From Octopus sinensis (Eukaryota), in assembly GCF_006345805.1 (NCBI RefSeq), contig NC_043000.1:50592001-50656000 (forward strand): a stretch of DNA of 64,000 nt, given 5' to 3'. The notes beneath the pieces are model-generated. The model did not search any database. It was not told where the DNA came from and worked only from the letters and a program-made list of their open reading frames with translations. Positions 24,873-38,132 of this stretch are shown here, in pieces. The stretch's first letter is position 1; each line of letters starts with the position of its first letter. Position numbers and translations under genes: made by a program.

Positions 24873-26329
24873 GATGTATGTAGATATGCTTGAACTATTG
24901 AAATGTTAAGAAAGAAAGTAATTTTTTAATGTAGATAAAGATTCCATTTATGGATTTATTAATATATATATATTTTTCTTATAAATATTCTAGTTAATTG
25001 AGAAATTAAAATCACACCAACAAAAATAGTATCAACATTTTGTTATTTATTTTGATTTATATTTGAAATTATTTTAATCACAGCTACAAAAATATGTATA
25101 AAATTTTATACAAACTGAAATGTGATCTAATTTTTGCTTAAAATTGCAAGAGTAATTTGTATAGAATCACCGAATGTATATTTGCATGTTAATAAATTTT
25201 AATGAAAATTCTTATGTTATAATCATAAGAGAGACAAGCAGAATGATAACACACGTGTAATTGTATTTGTATGTTTGTGTATTTTCATAAATAAAACACA
25301 ATTATTACATTTGATGAAAGCCAAACATTTTTTTATCTGTGTTCATACATGATACATACATTAGTATGACATATAAGAAAATATTGATATTCTTTCACAC
25401 ATAGCTAGGTAATACATACACATACATTTTCTCATGTATAAATGTCACTATAGGACCTAGAAAACGTTTGTGTATTTAATCTAGGTTCAATACATAAATG
25501 TATTTAATATAGATGCCATAAAGCTCATAAAAATGCAATAAAAAGTGTCTTTTATGTTTATATTACCATAAAATTTAAATCCTTAAAAACATAGACTTAA
25601 TTTGGATATGTAGCCCATTATAACAACATTGTCATTGTTTGCGTCATTTTACTCTTTATTGAGTAACCTATGATGAAAATGCTTTCCTGCTGTAGCCATT
25701 CCATTTTGCTTTTAGCGTAGTATTTAGTACTACATTATACAGTGTGTTCTTTCATAACAGAGTAGTGTAGTCAGAATGAGGAAATAACAAGGGAGCAGGT
25801 GTCGAAACAATTTTCTGTTCTTGAGAAGACACATCAAGCTAAGTGAAATCACTATCATGCATACATACAGGTATGTCCTTTGCAAGTGTCAGTACTATGT
25901 ACAATGCACTTGGGCTGGTGCCATGTAAAATACACTGTTGCTGCTGCTGTGTAAATGCATTCATGCTAGTGGCACATAAAAAGCACCCATCTTACTCTGT
26001 AAAGTGGATGGCATTAAGAAGGGTATTTGATTGTAGATACCATGCCAAAATAGACAATTGGTGGCTGGACAGTTGTCTGGTTGGCCAGCTCCTGTCAAAC
26101 TGTGCAACCTATTTCAGCATGGAAAACAGATATTAAATGATGATGATGTAACTGTGTAAAGATTGTGATTGATACTATCTTTCACTTAAGCCCTTCGTTC
26201 CATATGGATCTCCAGTACTTGACACTGGGCTATAAGGCCTTCCTTTCCCAGGTCTTGTTAGTTTTGTATTGTCATTAATGCTTGGGTAACTTTGCTCTTT
26301 TTTTGGTAGGTGGGTGGTTGTTGGTCCTA

Positions 26330-26510
26330 TGCAAATTTATTTTTAACATAGGCTGACCCTATGCAAACCCAAACCCATTTATTGCACATTGATCTGGCCT
26401 TCATTCTTTGACCTGTCCAGCATGGGAGGCCCTACCCGGACCTTGTGCTCCTCTGCCATAGCTCTCAGGATCATTGAAGTACACAAACTACATATTACAA
26501 CAAGGACTAG
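26330..26510 (-). mobile_element. RTE-type LINE 5' region remnant
   Basis: Minus strand CCTTGTTG...TTCAATGATCCTGAGAGCTATG...GGTAGGGCCTCCCATGCTGGACAGGTCAAAG resembles the conserved 5' region of RTE elements (recognised from memory). Confidence 0.45.
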
Positions 26511-29384
26511 ACCTTATGGTGGCTGCCCTTGATACAGTCATCAACATTGTCTCCCACTTGGTGTCCTTCCTTTAAGGTGAAATTCTTTATTATTAATATA
26601 TAGATTTTTTTGTTTCCTTTCCTAATAGTTAAATTTTGTTAAGTTTGAAGGTGATTTACTGATTTGTTCTCACCAGGCTGAATTCCCTATATTTTCAGGT
26701 TGAGAAGATTTATAGTGTGTGATATAACCTCTCCTGAGAATATTTGTAGCATAAAAATTTGAAATGATATCAAGCAATAATAAGAATCAATCTAAAAGTC
26801 TAAAGTATATCTCTTTTAATTATTTTTTAGCCCCATACCATGATCAAGTAGACCAATAATTTAATATATTCTACCCGTGACTATCTTGTTTTTTTTTGTA
26901 TCTAGTTCTCCATTATCCAATGTGCACATTGTTGTTAGATGATTTTACTCTAGCATTCTTCTTATTTACTTTTATACTAATTTTAATATGCAATCAACAA
27001 GTCTTATCCAGAGACCATTAGGTATGTGAATGGAAGCAAGTCCATATGAGAAAAGAAACCAAATTTTTTCCAGTATAAGAAAGTTCATTTTAGAAACTAT
27101 GTGATGATGATATTTCTTGATTGCAAAGAGACAGCTGAAACATTAGTGAATGTGTATCTGAATGAAGGATGCAAATCAGTGTTCAAAAAAAATCAAAACA
27201 AAAACAACAAAATATTACCTTTTCTTAGATTAAATGGTTCACTCCTGAAGTTTGTTAAAAGCAAACTGATTGAATCTTTATTCATTCTTTCACAATTAAT
27301 GATTAATGCACCTTTTTCATATCGTATGAGCCTCTAATGAATGTTTGAATTAAAATTATCTTCATTTCATTTAAATATTTGGACTGAAACATTTAATTAT
27401 TCCTTTCACACAAGCTCTTTGTATTACAACAATCCAAGTTATTTTGTCTTAAAATGTTTTATGAAATTTCTGGAATTGTTGTTTTTTCAGCAGTAATTAA
27501 AAATGTAAATTGCAGTTGGTTGTAAATCAGGATAACAACTAAAGTCTGAGATGATAGCATTTGAATATAGATTATGACCTTGAACTTATACACTGAACAT
27601 TTCTGTTCACCTTAAATGACTTGAATTTGTTTTAACCTTTTACAACCAAAAATAGCGGTATTTTACAGAAGCTAACTAACTAACAAGTGTTTATTATATT
27701 TTTTTCAACATCCAATTACATTTATTATCTTATTGATGTCTAGATTAATTAGATGCTTTAGCCATTACGTATGCCCAAGTATTATAGCAGCTTTGTATTT
27801 TAAGGAATAAGGTGACTGTTAAACACATTCTTATTGAAAATGTATTTACACAGCGAAATTTGATGTTATAATATTGAACAAATACATCCAAATATTATAT
27901 TTCATGAGTGCTTTATCAAAATGGGCTTTAACATGTTTGTTAGCACTGTTGGGAAAATACAGCAAAATAGCAGTAATTAACAAGAGTTAAAATAGCAGAA
28001 GTAATTTACATTATCAAGGAAAATAGTTAACATATGTATAATTTGTTTTTAGAATGTGAATATAAATTCATTGTAATGAGGGAAGCTGATATTTTTAAAT
28101 AGGCTTAGGTTGCAGGTGAAGAAAAATGATTGCAGCACAACAAATCCGTTTCCTCTTTCTAACTTTACAATGTTCTCTTTTCATTCTGTTGAAATGTTTT
28201 TGAAACGTTGCTAACCATTGTTACTCTGTCTGAATAAACTAAATTAGAGTAAAATTGTCACTACAAAATTGGAGTTCAAATATTTGAGATTCTCATAAAT
28301 ATAAGATTCAGATTCCTTCATTGTTTAATAACACCTATGTATTGTATGTTAAGCGGTTTTGATGAATTAAAAAAATAAGCAATGTTCATCTTAGATACTC
28401 CAACTCTATTTTTTCAATTTCTCAGTTTTAGAATTAATATTTTGTTTTAAGTAAAACAAATAAAAGCTAAAACAAATAATACTTCACAACTAGTTGAATG
28501 CTCATTTTTTGCTCCTATAAATAGAAAGGGCTTGAAGGATCATTTCCAATGAGGTTCTAAGCTTAAAAATCATTTTTTCTATTTCATTGTGTATATATAT
28601 ATTGAATTTTTTTTTTATCTGCATGCTCAAATAAAATTTTTTTTTCTTGTGTTTTTTTGTTTCATATAACTATTAATTAGCAGCATACAAAAAGAAAAGA
28701 AAACAGCCTGAAGTAATATAGTATTTATTCAATAATGTTTCCTCTTTTAAGAAGCATAATTTGTAAAGGCTTCTTGAAATTAAATGAGATTGCAACTGCA
28801 GTGTGTTCATGTAAGCTTAAAATTGAATTTTAAGAAGAATTATCATTTAGAATTTTGACTATTTGCAGGAACAAGTTAATAATTTGTCTTAAAATGTAAG
28901 GTAGTAAGTAGCTCAAATACTTTTAGGCTGCTCAGAATTGATATTAAATTTGGAGGTTCCTTCATTTGGCTCATTTTTACATTATTGATTCACACATAAC
29001 ATGATTACTTCACCATTTGAGTGTTCCCAAAGCATGGCTTGAACATTGATTTAATTTGTTTAAATGAAAGTATATCAAGAGCTTAAATTTAGTCAAATCT
29101 TTCATCACAAAATGTTACTTTGCTTCATCAGATTTTATCTAACTGAACTTCATAACAGTTAATTTGGCAGTTTGCACGTGGTTCATCTCTGACCTGCCAT
29201 TATAATAAAGCTTTTAAAATTTTAGGCTAAGTGTATTATAAAAGGAAATTACTTGGTTGAGGATGGTCTTGTAAATTTCTATTTCTTGTTGCAATAAACA
29301 TTATTTATAAATTGTGGATAATCTACAGCCTATCATTTATTAATTATGGCTTACATTTTGTTTAGTAAACTGGATTACTTTCAC

Positions 29385-29760
29385 ATCTTCTATACTCTAC
29401 TTGTTTCAGTCTTAACACTGCAGCCATACTGGGGGCACAATTTGAAGGGTTTTTGTCAAATGAATTGGCTCCGGTATTTATTTTTTAAAAGCCTGTTACT
29501 TATTCTGTCAGTCGCTTTTACCAGACTGCTAAGTTACAAGGATGTAAACAAACTAGTATTGGTTGTCAAGTTGTGGTGGTTCACACACTCACATGACAGG
29601 ATTCTTTCAGTTTCCCTCTACTAAATTCATTTGCAAGGCATTGGCTGGCCTGCAGCTATAGTAAAAGATACTTTCTCAAGGTGCCATGCAGTGGAATAGA
29701 ACCAGAACCATGTGGCTGTGAAGCAAACTTCCTACCACACAATTCACTGTCATGCCTGCA
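29385..29760 (-). mobile_element. SINE family A, decayed
   Basis: Reverse complement contains GTGTGGTAGGAAGTTTGCTTCACAGCCACATGGTTCTGGTTCTATTCCACTGCATGGCACCTTGAG. Confidence 0.7.
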
Positions 29761-31555
29761 TCTATAAACCACACCTGTGCTAATATATACATTAAACTTT
29801 GTAAAATAGTACCTGAAGAAATGAATAACATTATCAGTACATTAAATAAAGAAAATGTCTTCATTATATTTGTCATTTCAAGAGCATTAATAAAGTTATT
29901 TAAATATATATTTGAAATTACAACAGAATCTCTACTCCAGTACAATAATTTCAGTAATTACTTTCAAGTGTAAACATTTTTAGGAATCTTGTCTGTTAAA
30001 ATTTTTTATTATTTGCAATTACACTGTTGATTCTATTTTTTGTCATTGGGTGTTTTAAAATGAAAAGAAAGTAAAATAATTAATGTTTAAACTAAAAAAA
30101 AGTTAGTGACAAGAATTAAAAACAGTATTAACTAATATTTTAGAAACCTTTTACAACCATAATAACACTGAACAAGTATATATAATTTATTGCCTAAAAT
30201 TTGTGTAAAAATGTGTGTGTGTGTGTGTGTGTGTGAGTTTGCATATAAATATTTAAGTGTATACTTGTATGTCCTTATTTGAGCAATTACATACATATTG
30301 TCAAGTCACCATGTAGAATAAAAATTTCCCATCATTATAAGAATTTCGCATCAATGTTAAAATCTAGCAATGTAGATATTGCCTTCATTTCTGAATTCTA
30401 GGAAATCTCACTGTAATTCTGAAATAAATCTAAAGGTGGTTCCCTCAAGACCTGTATCTCTTAAGTCTTTAATATTCATTGAAAGTGTTGTTTGCTGTAG
30501 AAATTTTTTATCAACTGGAAAATTGCATGCATTATTTTGTATATGATGAATTTGGGGTTTCTTCAATTTCCATGATAAAATCCTTGATTTTCTCAAATTA
30601 ATCTCGTTCCATCACACTGATATTATTTATAGAGACACCAGCAATTTCTTAGCAATTCTTCATAGATTCATTCATTAAAACACCTATCTCACAAAGCTTA
30701 TTATATAATGAATGATATTCTAACAGATAACAGTGATTTATGAACCAATATTTAGGTGAGGCTAAGATATTATAGAACTGTCAGTAGTGATCAGAGCAAC
30801 CTGTTGTTTGTAATAACATATAGCAGAAATTAACTTGAATGTTGACAAATTTATCAATGTTTGTATCCATAAAAAAAACTAGCAAGCCAATCATGTAGAT
30901 GTCATAATATTTTGTATACAAATGACATAAATCTGATGATTTCCTATAACTAGTTTCTTGGGTGCATGTCCTGAATTGCTAATCACACCCGAGTTATTTT
31001 CACACATATGCATGCAAAACAAGTTTCTCTTACAGTGGCACCAACGATGTAGCTAGATATAGAATTTCTTGACATTAGCAAATTAGAAAAATCAACGGAA
31101 ACACATATGACAAAAGAGAATTCTACAGATCCTATTTTATTGAATTGTGACCCTCAGGCCATGAAATGGTTGTTGAGAAGTGAAAAACTCACTTCATAGA
31201 GGAAATTGAAAAATCACTGGAATTTTGTAAAGAACTTGTGTCTATGCAAAAAGAAATAATAAAATTTTAAAAAATGTCAGTATAACAAAGAATTCTTGTT
31301 AGATGAAAGGAGAGTGTATTCTTCTATGCATTAACATGTTATCATCTTTTCCTTATGTTTAAGATGATCCAAAATTTCTTCATGACTGAGAAAAAATTTA
31401 GTCTGAGGCAAGATTGTATTAGTCTTAAATTATTTGTATTTACTTATTGTGTTTTCATTATTTTAATGAAGGTGTCGAGTGTGTTTACATATCTTCTAGC
31501 TTTAGACATTATATTGTCCAAGAATGGAATACAATCATTATGATCAAATCTTTCT

Positions 31556-31608
<53 letters not shown>

Positions 31609-31779
31609 GAAACTAACAGATGGAGAAAATGTTGTGTTGAATCCCTTCTTAGAAGTTGTGGATATTTGAGAACATATATATAATTATATGAAAAGTGCCT
31701 TGCAAACTCATATTAACAACCTTGCAATGGATCTTTGCCTAATAGAATCAAAGGGGTTCTGTCATGACATATCATACAC

Positions 31780-32010
31780 CAGTGTTCTCTATTTGTGGTG
31801 ATTGCATTCCAAAACTTGGGTCTCCACTAATGGTTTGCTTGTCCATTCCTTAATGTTGCCCATCCATCTTTTACTTTGCATTCTCCACCTTTTCTCCCTT
31901 CTATGAGTTCTTGAAGAATGGTTATTGTGAGGACACTAGATCTTGTTACATAGCCATGCCATCTTAACTTTCTGTCCTTAGACACTTTGAGAAACCTTTG
32001 ATGGAGGTCG
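31780..32010 (-). mobile_element. RTE LINE ORF C-terminal fragment (fossil)
   Basis: Minus-strand translation gives DRKLRWHGYVTRSSVLTITILQELIEGRK, then after a frameshift KRWMGNIKEWT. This matches the RTE RKL.W.GHV.R...TILQG..EG.R..W..NIKEWT motif. Confidence 0.7.
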
Positions 32011-32459
32011 ACTATGATGATGGATGATTTTGTAAACCTGCTTGTTTATTATATGATCCAAAATTGTGTACACATTAATGAAAACAGAAAGATATGACAA
32101 AATATAAAACAATAGTATAAATTAGTAAAATTTAAAATTGAGTAAAAGTATATGCTTCTTATATATTTACATAGTACTGACTCCAAATTTTTAATCTATT
32201 GATTCATCTTTTGATGGATTAAGTCTAAATGTAGAAAACCTCTCAAGTTTCTTAATATCTTCAATCAATAAAGTTATGAAATTGTAATCTTTCTATCACA
32301 TACATTTCCACACATAAATGCAAATTGAATCAAACAATGTCAAAGATTCTTTTAGGGCAAATCTGCATTGCAAATCAAAGTGAAAAGCTAATAGTGTTTG
32401 CATGAGCAAAGAAGTTTTATAATTTCATTCTGAAAGGATTTCATCAAAGAATATATATA

Positions 32460-32532
<73 letters not shown>

Positions 32533-32573
32533 AACCCATGCCAGCATGGAAAGCGGACGCTAAACGATGATGA

Positions 32574-32619
<46 letters not shown>

Positions 32620-32630
32620 TATATATAATA

Positions 32631-32825
32631 TTTTTGTTGAGTCAGTCTCTTGCTACTCCAAATTTAACTTGTGGGTACACAGGGTCTTTAGGCAAGAGTT
32701 GTAACTTCCCTGAAGAATCTTGCAGCCACAGACAAAACTCAGAGTTGCAAGAGACTGACTCAACCAAAATGAAATATTAACCTTTACTATGGTATCAAGT
32801 ACTCTTTTACTCAGCAGTCAACACT
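32631..32825 (+). mobile_element. Short fold-back element in (TA)n with a degenerate hammerhead motif
   Basis: Inverted arms at 32631-32658 and 32742-32769. The sequence CTTCC CTGAAGA ATCT..AGAC AAAAC TCAGA GTT GCAAG lies at 32705-32751. Confidence 0.55.
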
Positions 32826-33189
32826 ATATGTATATATATATATTATACACATGTACTTGTTTGAATAGAATTTTAATTAACTTGTAGGTGTTAATTCAGA
32901 ATGATTACCCCATGAATATATTCAGTTGTATTAATGTAAACAAACATTTTTGTATACTGAAGTAGTGTTTCTTGTGAAGTTACATGCTTTGTGGGATTCT
33001 ATTTTCTAATAATTTTAGTCAACATTTATAGTTTGTAATTATTTTCTAATTATCTATGATATGATAATAAAGCCAGATAAGAGGCTAGTCTTAATTTTAA
33101 AATGTTACTGATGAGAGAAAATATATATGATTATAATAAAAGACAAACTAATCAACAATGGTTGAAGAAATACTTACCTCTCTTATTTA

Positions 33190-34111
33190 CAGGGTGCATT
33201 CAAAAAGTATCTGACCTTCGGGCATAAAACAAAACAGTTTAGTACACTTCACAAATTATATTTAATCACTTTTGAAACACTCCCTTGGGAGTTCATACAG
33301 TTCTACCAGCAATTCTGCTACTGCTACTAACACATCTGAAACATCTCTAGAATGCTAGGGAGCTCTGCTGTTGTTCTTTACATAATTTCCTCTTGTGGGC
33401 CAAATTACTCTTTTCAGCATGGTTTTTTTAGTTTGGGGAAGAGCCAACACTGTGCCAAGTTGAGAGAGTAGGGAGCCTATCGATCAAGTGAGGTGTTGTT
33501 TTAGACCAGGAAAGCTTGGATTATGAGTGGGTGCATTGTTATGGTGAAGTTACCAATTCTTCATTACCCAGATGTTTGCTTTTGACGCTCAGCATCACAA
33601 AGGCAACATATAACCTCCAGGCAGTATTCCTTATTGATTGTTTGGTCTTGTAATGCATAGTCATGATGTAAAGTGCTACAGAAGTCATAGAAAAAGGTCA
33701 ACATTACCTTCAGATTGCTGCAAATCTGTCATGCTATTTTGGACCTTTGTGATAACAGATGCTTCTATTGGGAGGACTGGCATAGATTTCTGGGTTGTAA
33801 CATAAACCCATATCTCATCACCAGTGATAATGATTTTCATGAAGTCTGGTTTGTAGTTTGTACAGTCCAGCAGGTCCTGAGTGATTTCCATGTGGAGTTG
33901 CTTTTGCTGCTCTACCAACACCTTGGGGATGAATTTCATCAACATTCCCTGCTTGTACAAATCCTCCATTAAAATGGAATGCACTGAACCTATGCTTATT
34001 CCCACTTCGTGAGCAATTTTCATGATTATTCACCAAAACTTCTCAATCAGCTCTTCATTTTGGCTTGTAGATGGCCCACCTGAGGGTACCTTGGCCTACC
34101 TGAGGGCACCT
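33190..34111 (-). mobile_element. Mariner (Tc1/mariner) transposon fossil, 5'-truncated
   Basis: ORF 33685-34023 reads IAHEVGISIGSVHSILMEDL...KFIPKVL...IITGDEIWVY (HTH, WVPxxL-like linker and the first catalytic Asp motif). A TA-CAGGGTGCATTCAAAAAGT terminus lies at 33188-33208. Confidence 0.9.
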
Positions 34112-34789
34112 CACTCTTCACTGAGGTTCAACTATATTGGGTTTTATCAAGGCTTTTATATCACATTTATATTGTTGATTTTGTTGATAGAGTTGGAATT
34201 AGATCAGTCAGTGTGCATTAAATAAATTTCCTTTTAAGTTTATCTAGAATTCTAAATGACTTCAGTGAAATGGTAGAAATTTAGTTGCAATAATTTGATA
34301 TACATGTTTATGTGCAAAAACACTGGGGACAACTTTGCATTTATTATATCTAGGCTTAGTAAAATAATATCAGATAATACTAGGTTCAGTTTAATAAACT
34401 ATAGCTTCCTTACTAAAGTGTGTGGCTTTGAGTGTGTGCTAGACATTATATTATTATTTTAATAGTTGGTGGAGTTGTAGAAATGGCAAACTAACTAAAT
34501 AAATGCTTTGTGCTATTTATTCCTGTCATTTCAATTTCTTTGTTCAAATCACATCAACTTTGCCATTTATTCTCATAGGCATAATAACTAAAGTACCAGT
34601 CCATTAAATCAAAATATTGCTTTATTTGAAAATTTTAAGTGAAAGGACTGTGGGTGGTAAAATTGGCTGTGTACTAGAAAAAAAATGTCTCTTTTATGTT
34701 TAGTTATATCCCTTCTACATTATGAATTTAAATACTTCCAGTGCTTACTGTTCCTTTTCCAAGATGTGTAGACTTAACAATAATAAAAA

Positions 34790-35484
34790 TAATGGTTTTG
34801 AATTTTGGCACAATGACAGCAGTTTTAAGGGGTGGGAAATAGTCAATTACATTGACTTCAGTACTTGTCTGGTACTTCATTTTATTGGCCCTGAAAGGAT
34901 GAAAGGTAAATTCGACCTCAGTAGAATTTGAACTCAGAACATTTCTCCTCTAAGAGCCAGGAGAAATGCTACCAAGCATTTTGTCCAATATGCTAACTAC
35001 CAGCTCACAGCCTTAATAATAACAACAATAATCTTGATTCTTTTTTACTATAGGCATAAGGCCTCAAATTTGCGGGAAGTTGGGGCTAGCTGATTACATT
35101 GGCACCAATGGTCAACTAGTTTTTATTTTATCAATCCTAAAAATATGAAAGGCAAAGTTGACCTCAGTGAAATTTGATCTCAGAACATAATGAGCCAGAA
35201 GAAATACTGCAAAGCATTTGTCTAACGTGCTAACAAATTCTACCAACTCATCACAGTAGTAGTAATAATAATGGGTTCAAATTTTAGCACAAGGCCAGCA
35301 ATTTATGGAGGGAGGCTAAGTCGATTAAATCAACCCCAGTGATCGACTGGTACTTATTTTATTGACCCTGAAAGGATGAAAGACAAAGCCAACCACAGTG
35401 GAATTTGAACTCAGAATGTAAAGATGAACAAAATGCCAGTAAGTATTTTGCCTGGCCTGCTAATGATTCTGCCAGCCTGTCACC

Positions 35485-35517
<33 letters not shown>

Positions 35518-36060
35518 GTTTCAAATTTTGCCACAAGGGTAGCAATTTTGGGGGAGAGGATAAGTCAATTACATTGACCCCGCAGTTTCACTGGTATTTA
35601 ATATATCAACCCCCTAAAGGATGAAAGGCAAAGTCAACCTCAGCAGAATTTGAACTCAGAATGGAGCAATGGGTGAAATACTGCTATGCATTTCATCCAG
35701 CATGCTAACGGTTCTACCATCTTGCTGCCTTTAAGAAAAGCAGGTGCTAGTGTGCAGTGGAATCGAACCAACGCCTATATTCACGACAAGTCTACTAACC
35801 AATCACACCAACCTCCCCACTCCTTAATAATAATAATAAGAAGAAGAATAATGATAATAATAGTAATAATAATAATCCTTCCTAGTGTAGGCACAGTATC
35901 TGAACATTTTTAGGAAAGTAGGAGAGGGGGGGCTTATTGATTATATTAAACCCCAGTGCATAACTGGTACTTATTTTATAGACCTTGAAAGGAGGAAAAG
36001 CAAGGTTGACCTCAGTGGAATTTGAACTCAGAACTTAAGGATGGATGAAATGCTGCTGCT
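34790..36060 (-). mobile_element. Cluster of about five co-oriented Nin-like SINEs separated by (AAT)n
   Basis: GAAAGG(C/T)AAAGT.GACCTCAG...GAATTTGAACTCAGAA-like motif repeated at about 34900, 35150, 35380, 35625 and 36000. Confidence 0.85.
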
Positions 36061-37903
36061 GTTATTTTTTTTCCCCACTCTCTCTTTTTCTGCCTTTTCA
36101 GCCACACTGGACAGATAACCTTTCAGTGGCTCTCAATGTCACACACATAACAATTGTAAAATCTGTTATACACCAGCAGGCTATACCCACTCGTAGTTTT
36201 GACCTGTGATACTATTCTCTTTATACACATAGCTCAGCTGGATACAGCTCAAATATTTTGTGTTATTTGAGAGTAATCAGTATGAATGAGTAGCTGAGCA
36301 TGAGTCTGGAATGGGTTTTTTTCTGTATGTGAAATCATAAAGAATTGCTTGTCCATTTGTAATTCCTCCCAATACATTTCTCATTACTTCTGTGCTTAAC
36401 GTCCACCAACATTGTACTAAAAATGTAATATGTGGTTTATAAGTGACATTGACACTTAACAATGAACTAAGAGTTAATGTCAGTTGCTGTACTCATGACT
36501 GTCACCTTGTGTTAAGCTGCCTCATGAAGTGGGTACGAACTTATGAATGGATGTATTTTCTACATAATTTCTGCATGTTTCTATGCCTTGTCTGAAACCT
36601 CAAATGCCAAGTTGATAGTGCTGTTTATTTATTTCTTTTTCCCCATCTGTATGGGCAAGATGATACGTGTTTATATGACTTCCTGTTACCCCAGAGAAGG
36701 TCCTCCTTTCTTTCTGAGAGAAAGATAGAAAAATTTACTCCCTATTTGTTTGTGAATAACTTCTTGAAATAAAGAGATGAAATTCTTATGAATGCAGCTT
36801 CACTATGTTTACACTTTCAACTGTGCCTCTTCTATATTTAGAGATTGACTGTTGGAGGTAATTTTAGCTAAATTGCTTTTGCTTGTTCATTTATTGTTTG
36901 GAGACATTTGTGTTTGTGTGGGAGTGCCTGTGTTGTTGATTCTCAAAGCTACTCAGTAAAACATTATTACATTTTAAGGGTTGGAGATATGAACAGTTTT
37001 CTATTTCTAAGATATGCATTTCTTCTTACAAAGTAGGGTTGTTTATATTTCTTTTTTGCTTCATGTTCATTGGAATGTGATTTTTTTTTACCTTTCGTTT
37101 TTTCATTTGGAGCCTTTTCTCACTTGTCTTGACAGAATTATAAATAAAGCCAAAACAAAAGTGAAACAAAATGTTCAAATACAGTTCATTCATTTTGTAA
37201 AAAAGTTTACTACATCACAAAATTTACTAGTCATATAAAATCATAAAGCATGTAAAAAAAATATTCAATTTCTGAACAGGGTATTAATATCCAACGATGT
37301 CTAGTTGAGCCAAAGGGGTGTTTAATAGAATTCCTTTTTGATTTCAATAATAAAATGAAACTAAGCTTTGCATTCAAGTTTACAAAGGCAAAATATCCAA
37401 TCTTTGAGAATTTTTTGAAAAACATCATCTATATGGTAATAACAAAAGTAAATACAAACAGATCCTTGTAAGTAAAATACAAATGATGATGATAATAGTA
37501 ATGATAATAATAATAATAACAATGATGTTGTTGAGGTTAATGATAATTTCTAAGATTATTTGTATAGGTATTGTTTGTTTTTATGTCATATGCAAAATCA
37601 AAGTAAAACTTCTGAAAACTTCAAATGATTTTCATCATATGTATGTAGCACTTTTTTAAATACCTTACTTTATACATAAGCCTTAACAAGAAAAATAATA
37701 ATATTCTTGTTTGGAAGAAAGGGCCAGTTTGATTTTAATCTTTGCCAATTGGTTTCATATTGCCCAAAAGAACAGTTGGTTGAACTCAGGTGCTTCTAGA
37801 ATAACAGGTGATATTAAAACCTGTTTTTTTTATCTACAAAGTTGAAGTGGATAAATAAGTGAAGAAAAATGTTGAAATGATTCCTTTCTCAAATGGTACA
37901 TGC

Positions 37904-38132
37904 TTAACCCTTTCACATTTAAACCTGTTATGTCCAACCAAAATATTCTACTTCTTTTATGCTCAAACTGGCCAGATCTGGTTTTTAACACTTACCCTGC
38001 AGTATCATTTTCAGAATTAACAGTTTCCTCATCAAAACATCAAAGTTACAAGATAATGTCTGATTAATTTGAAAACTATGTGAATAAATATACATTAGTG
38101 TTGACTGACTAATGTGAATGCACAGAAGTTAA
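37904..38132 (+). mobile_element. TTAA-type MITE, decayed
   Basis: Termini TTAACCCTTTCACATT ... AATGCACAGAAGTTAA, homologous to 11630-11850. Confidence 0.55.
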
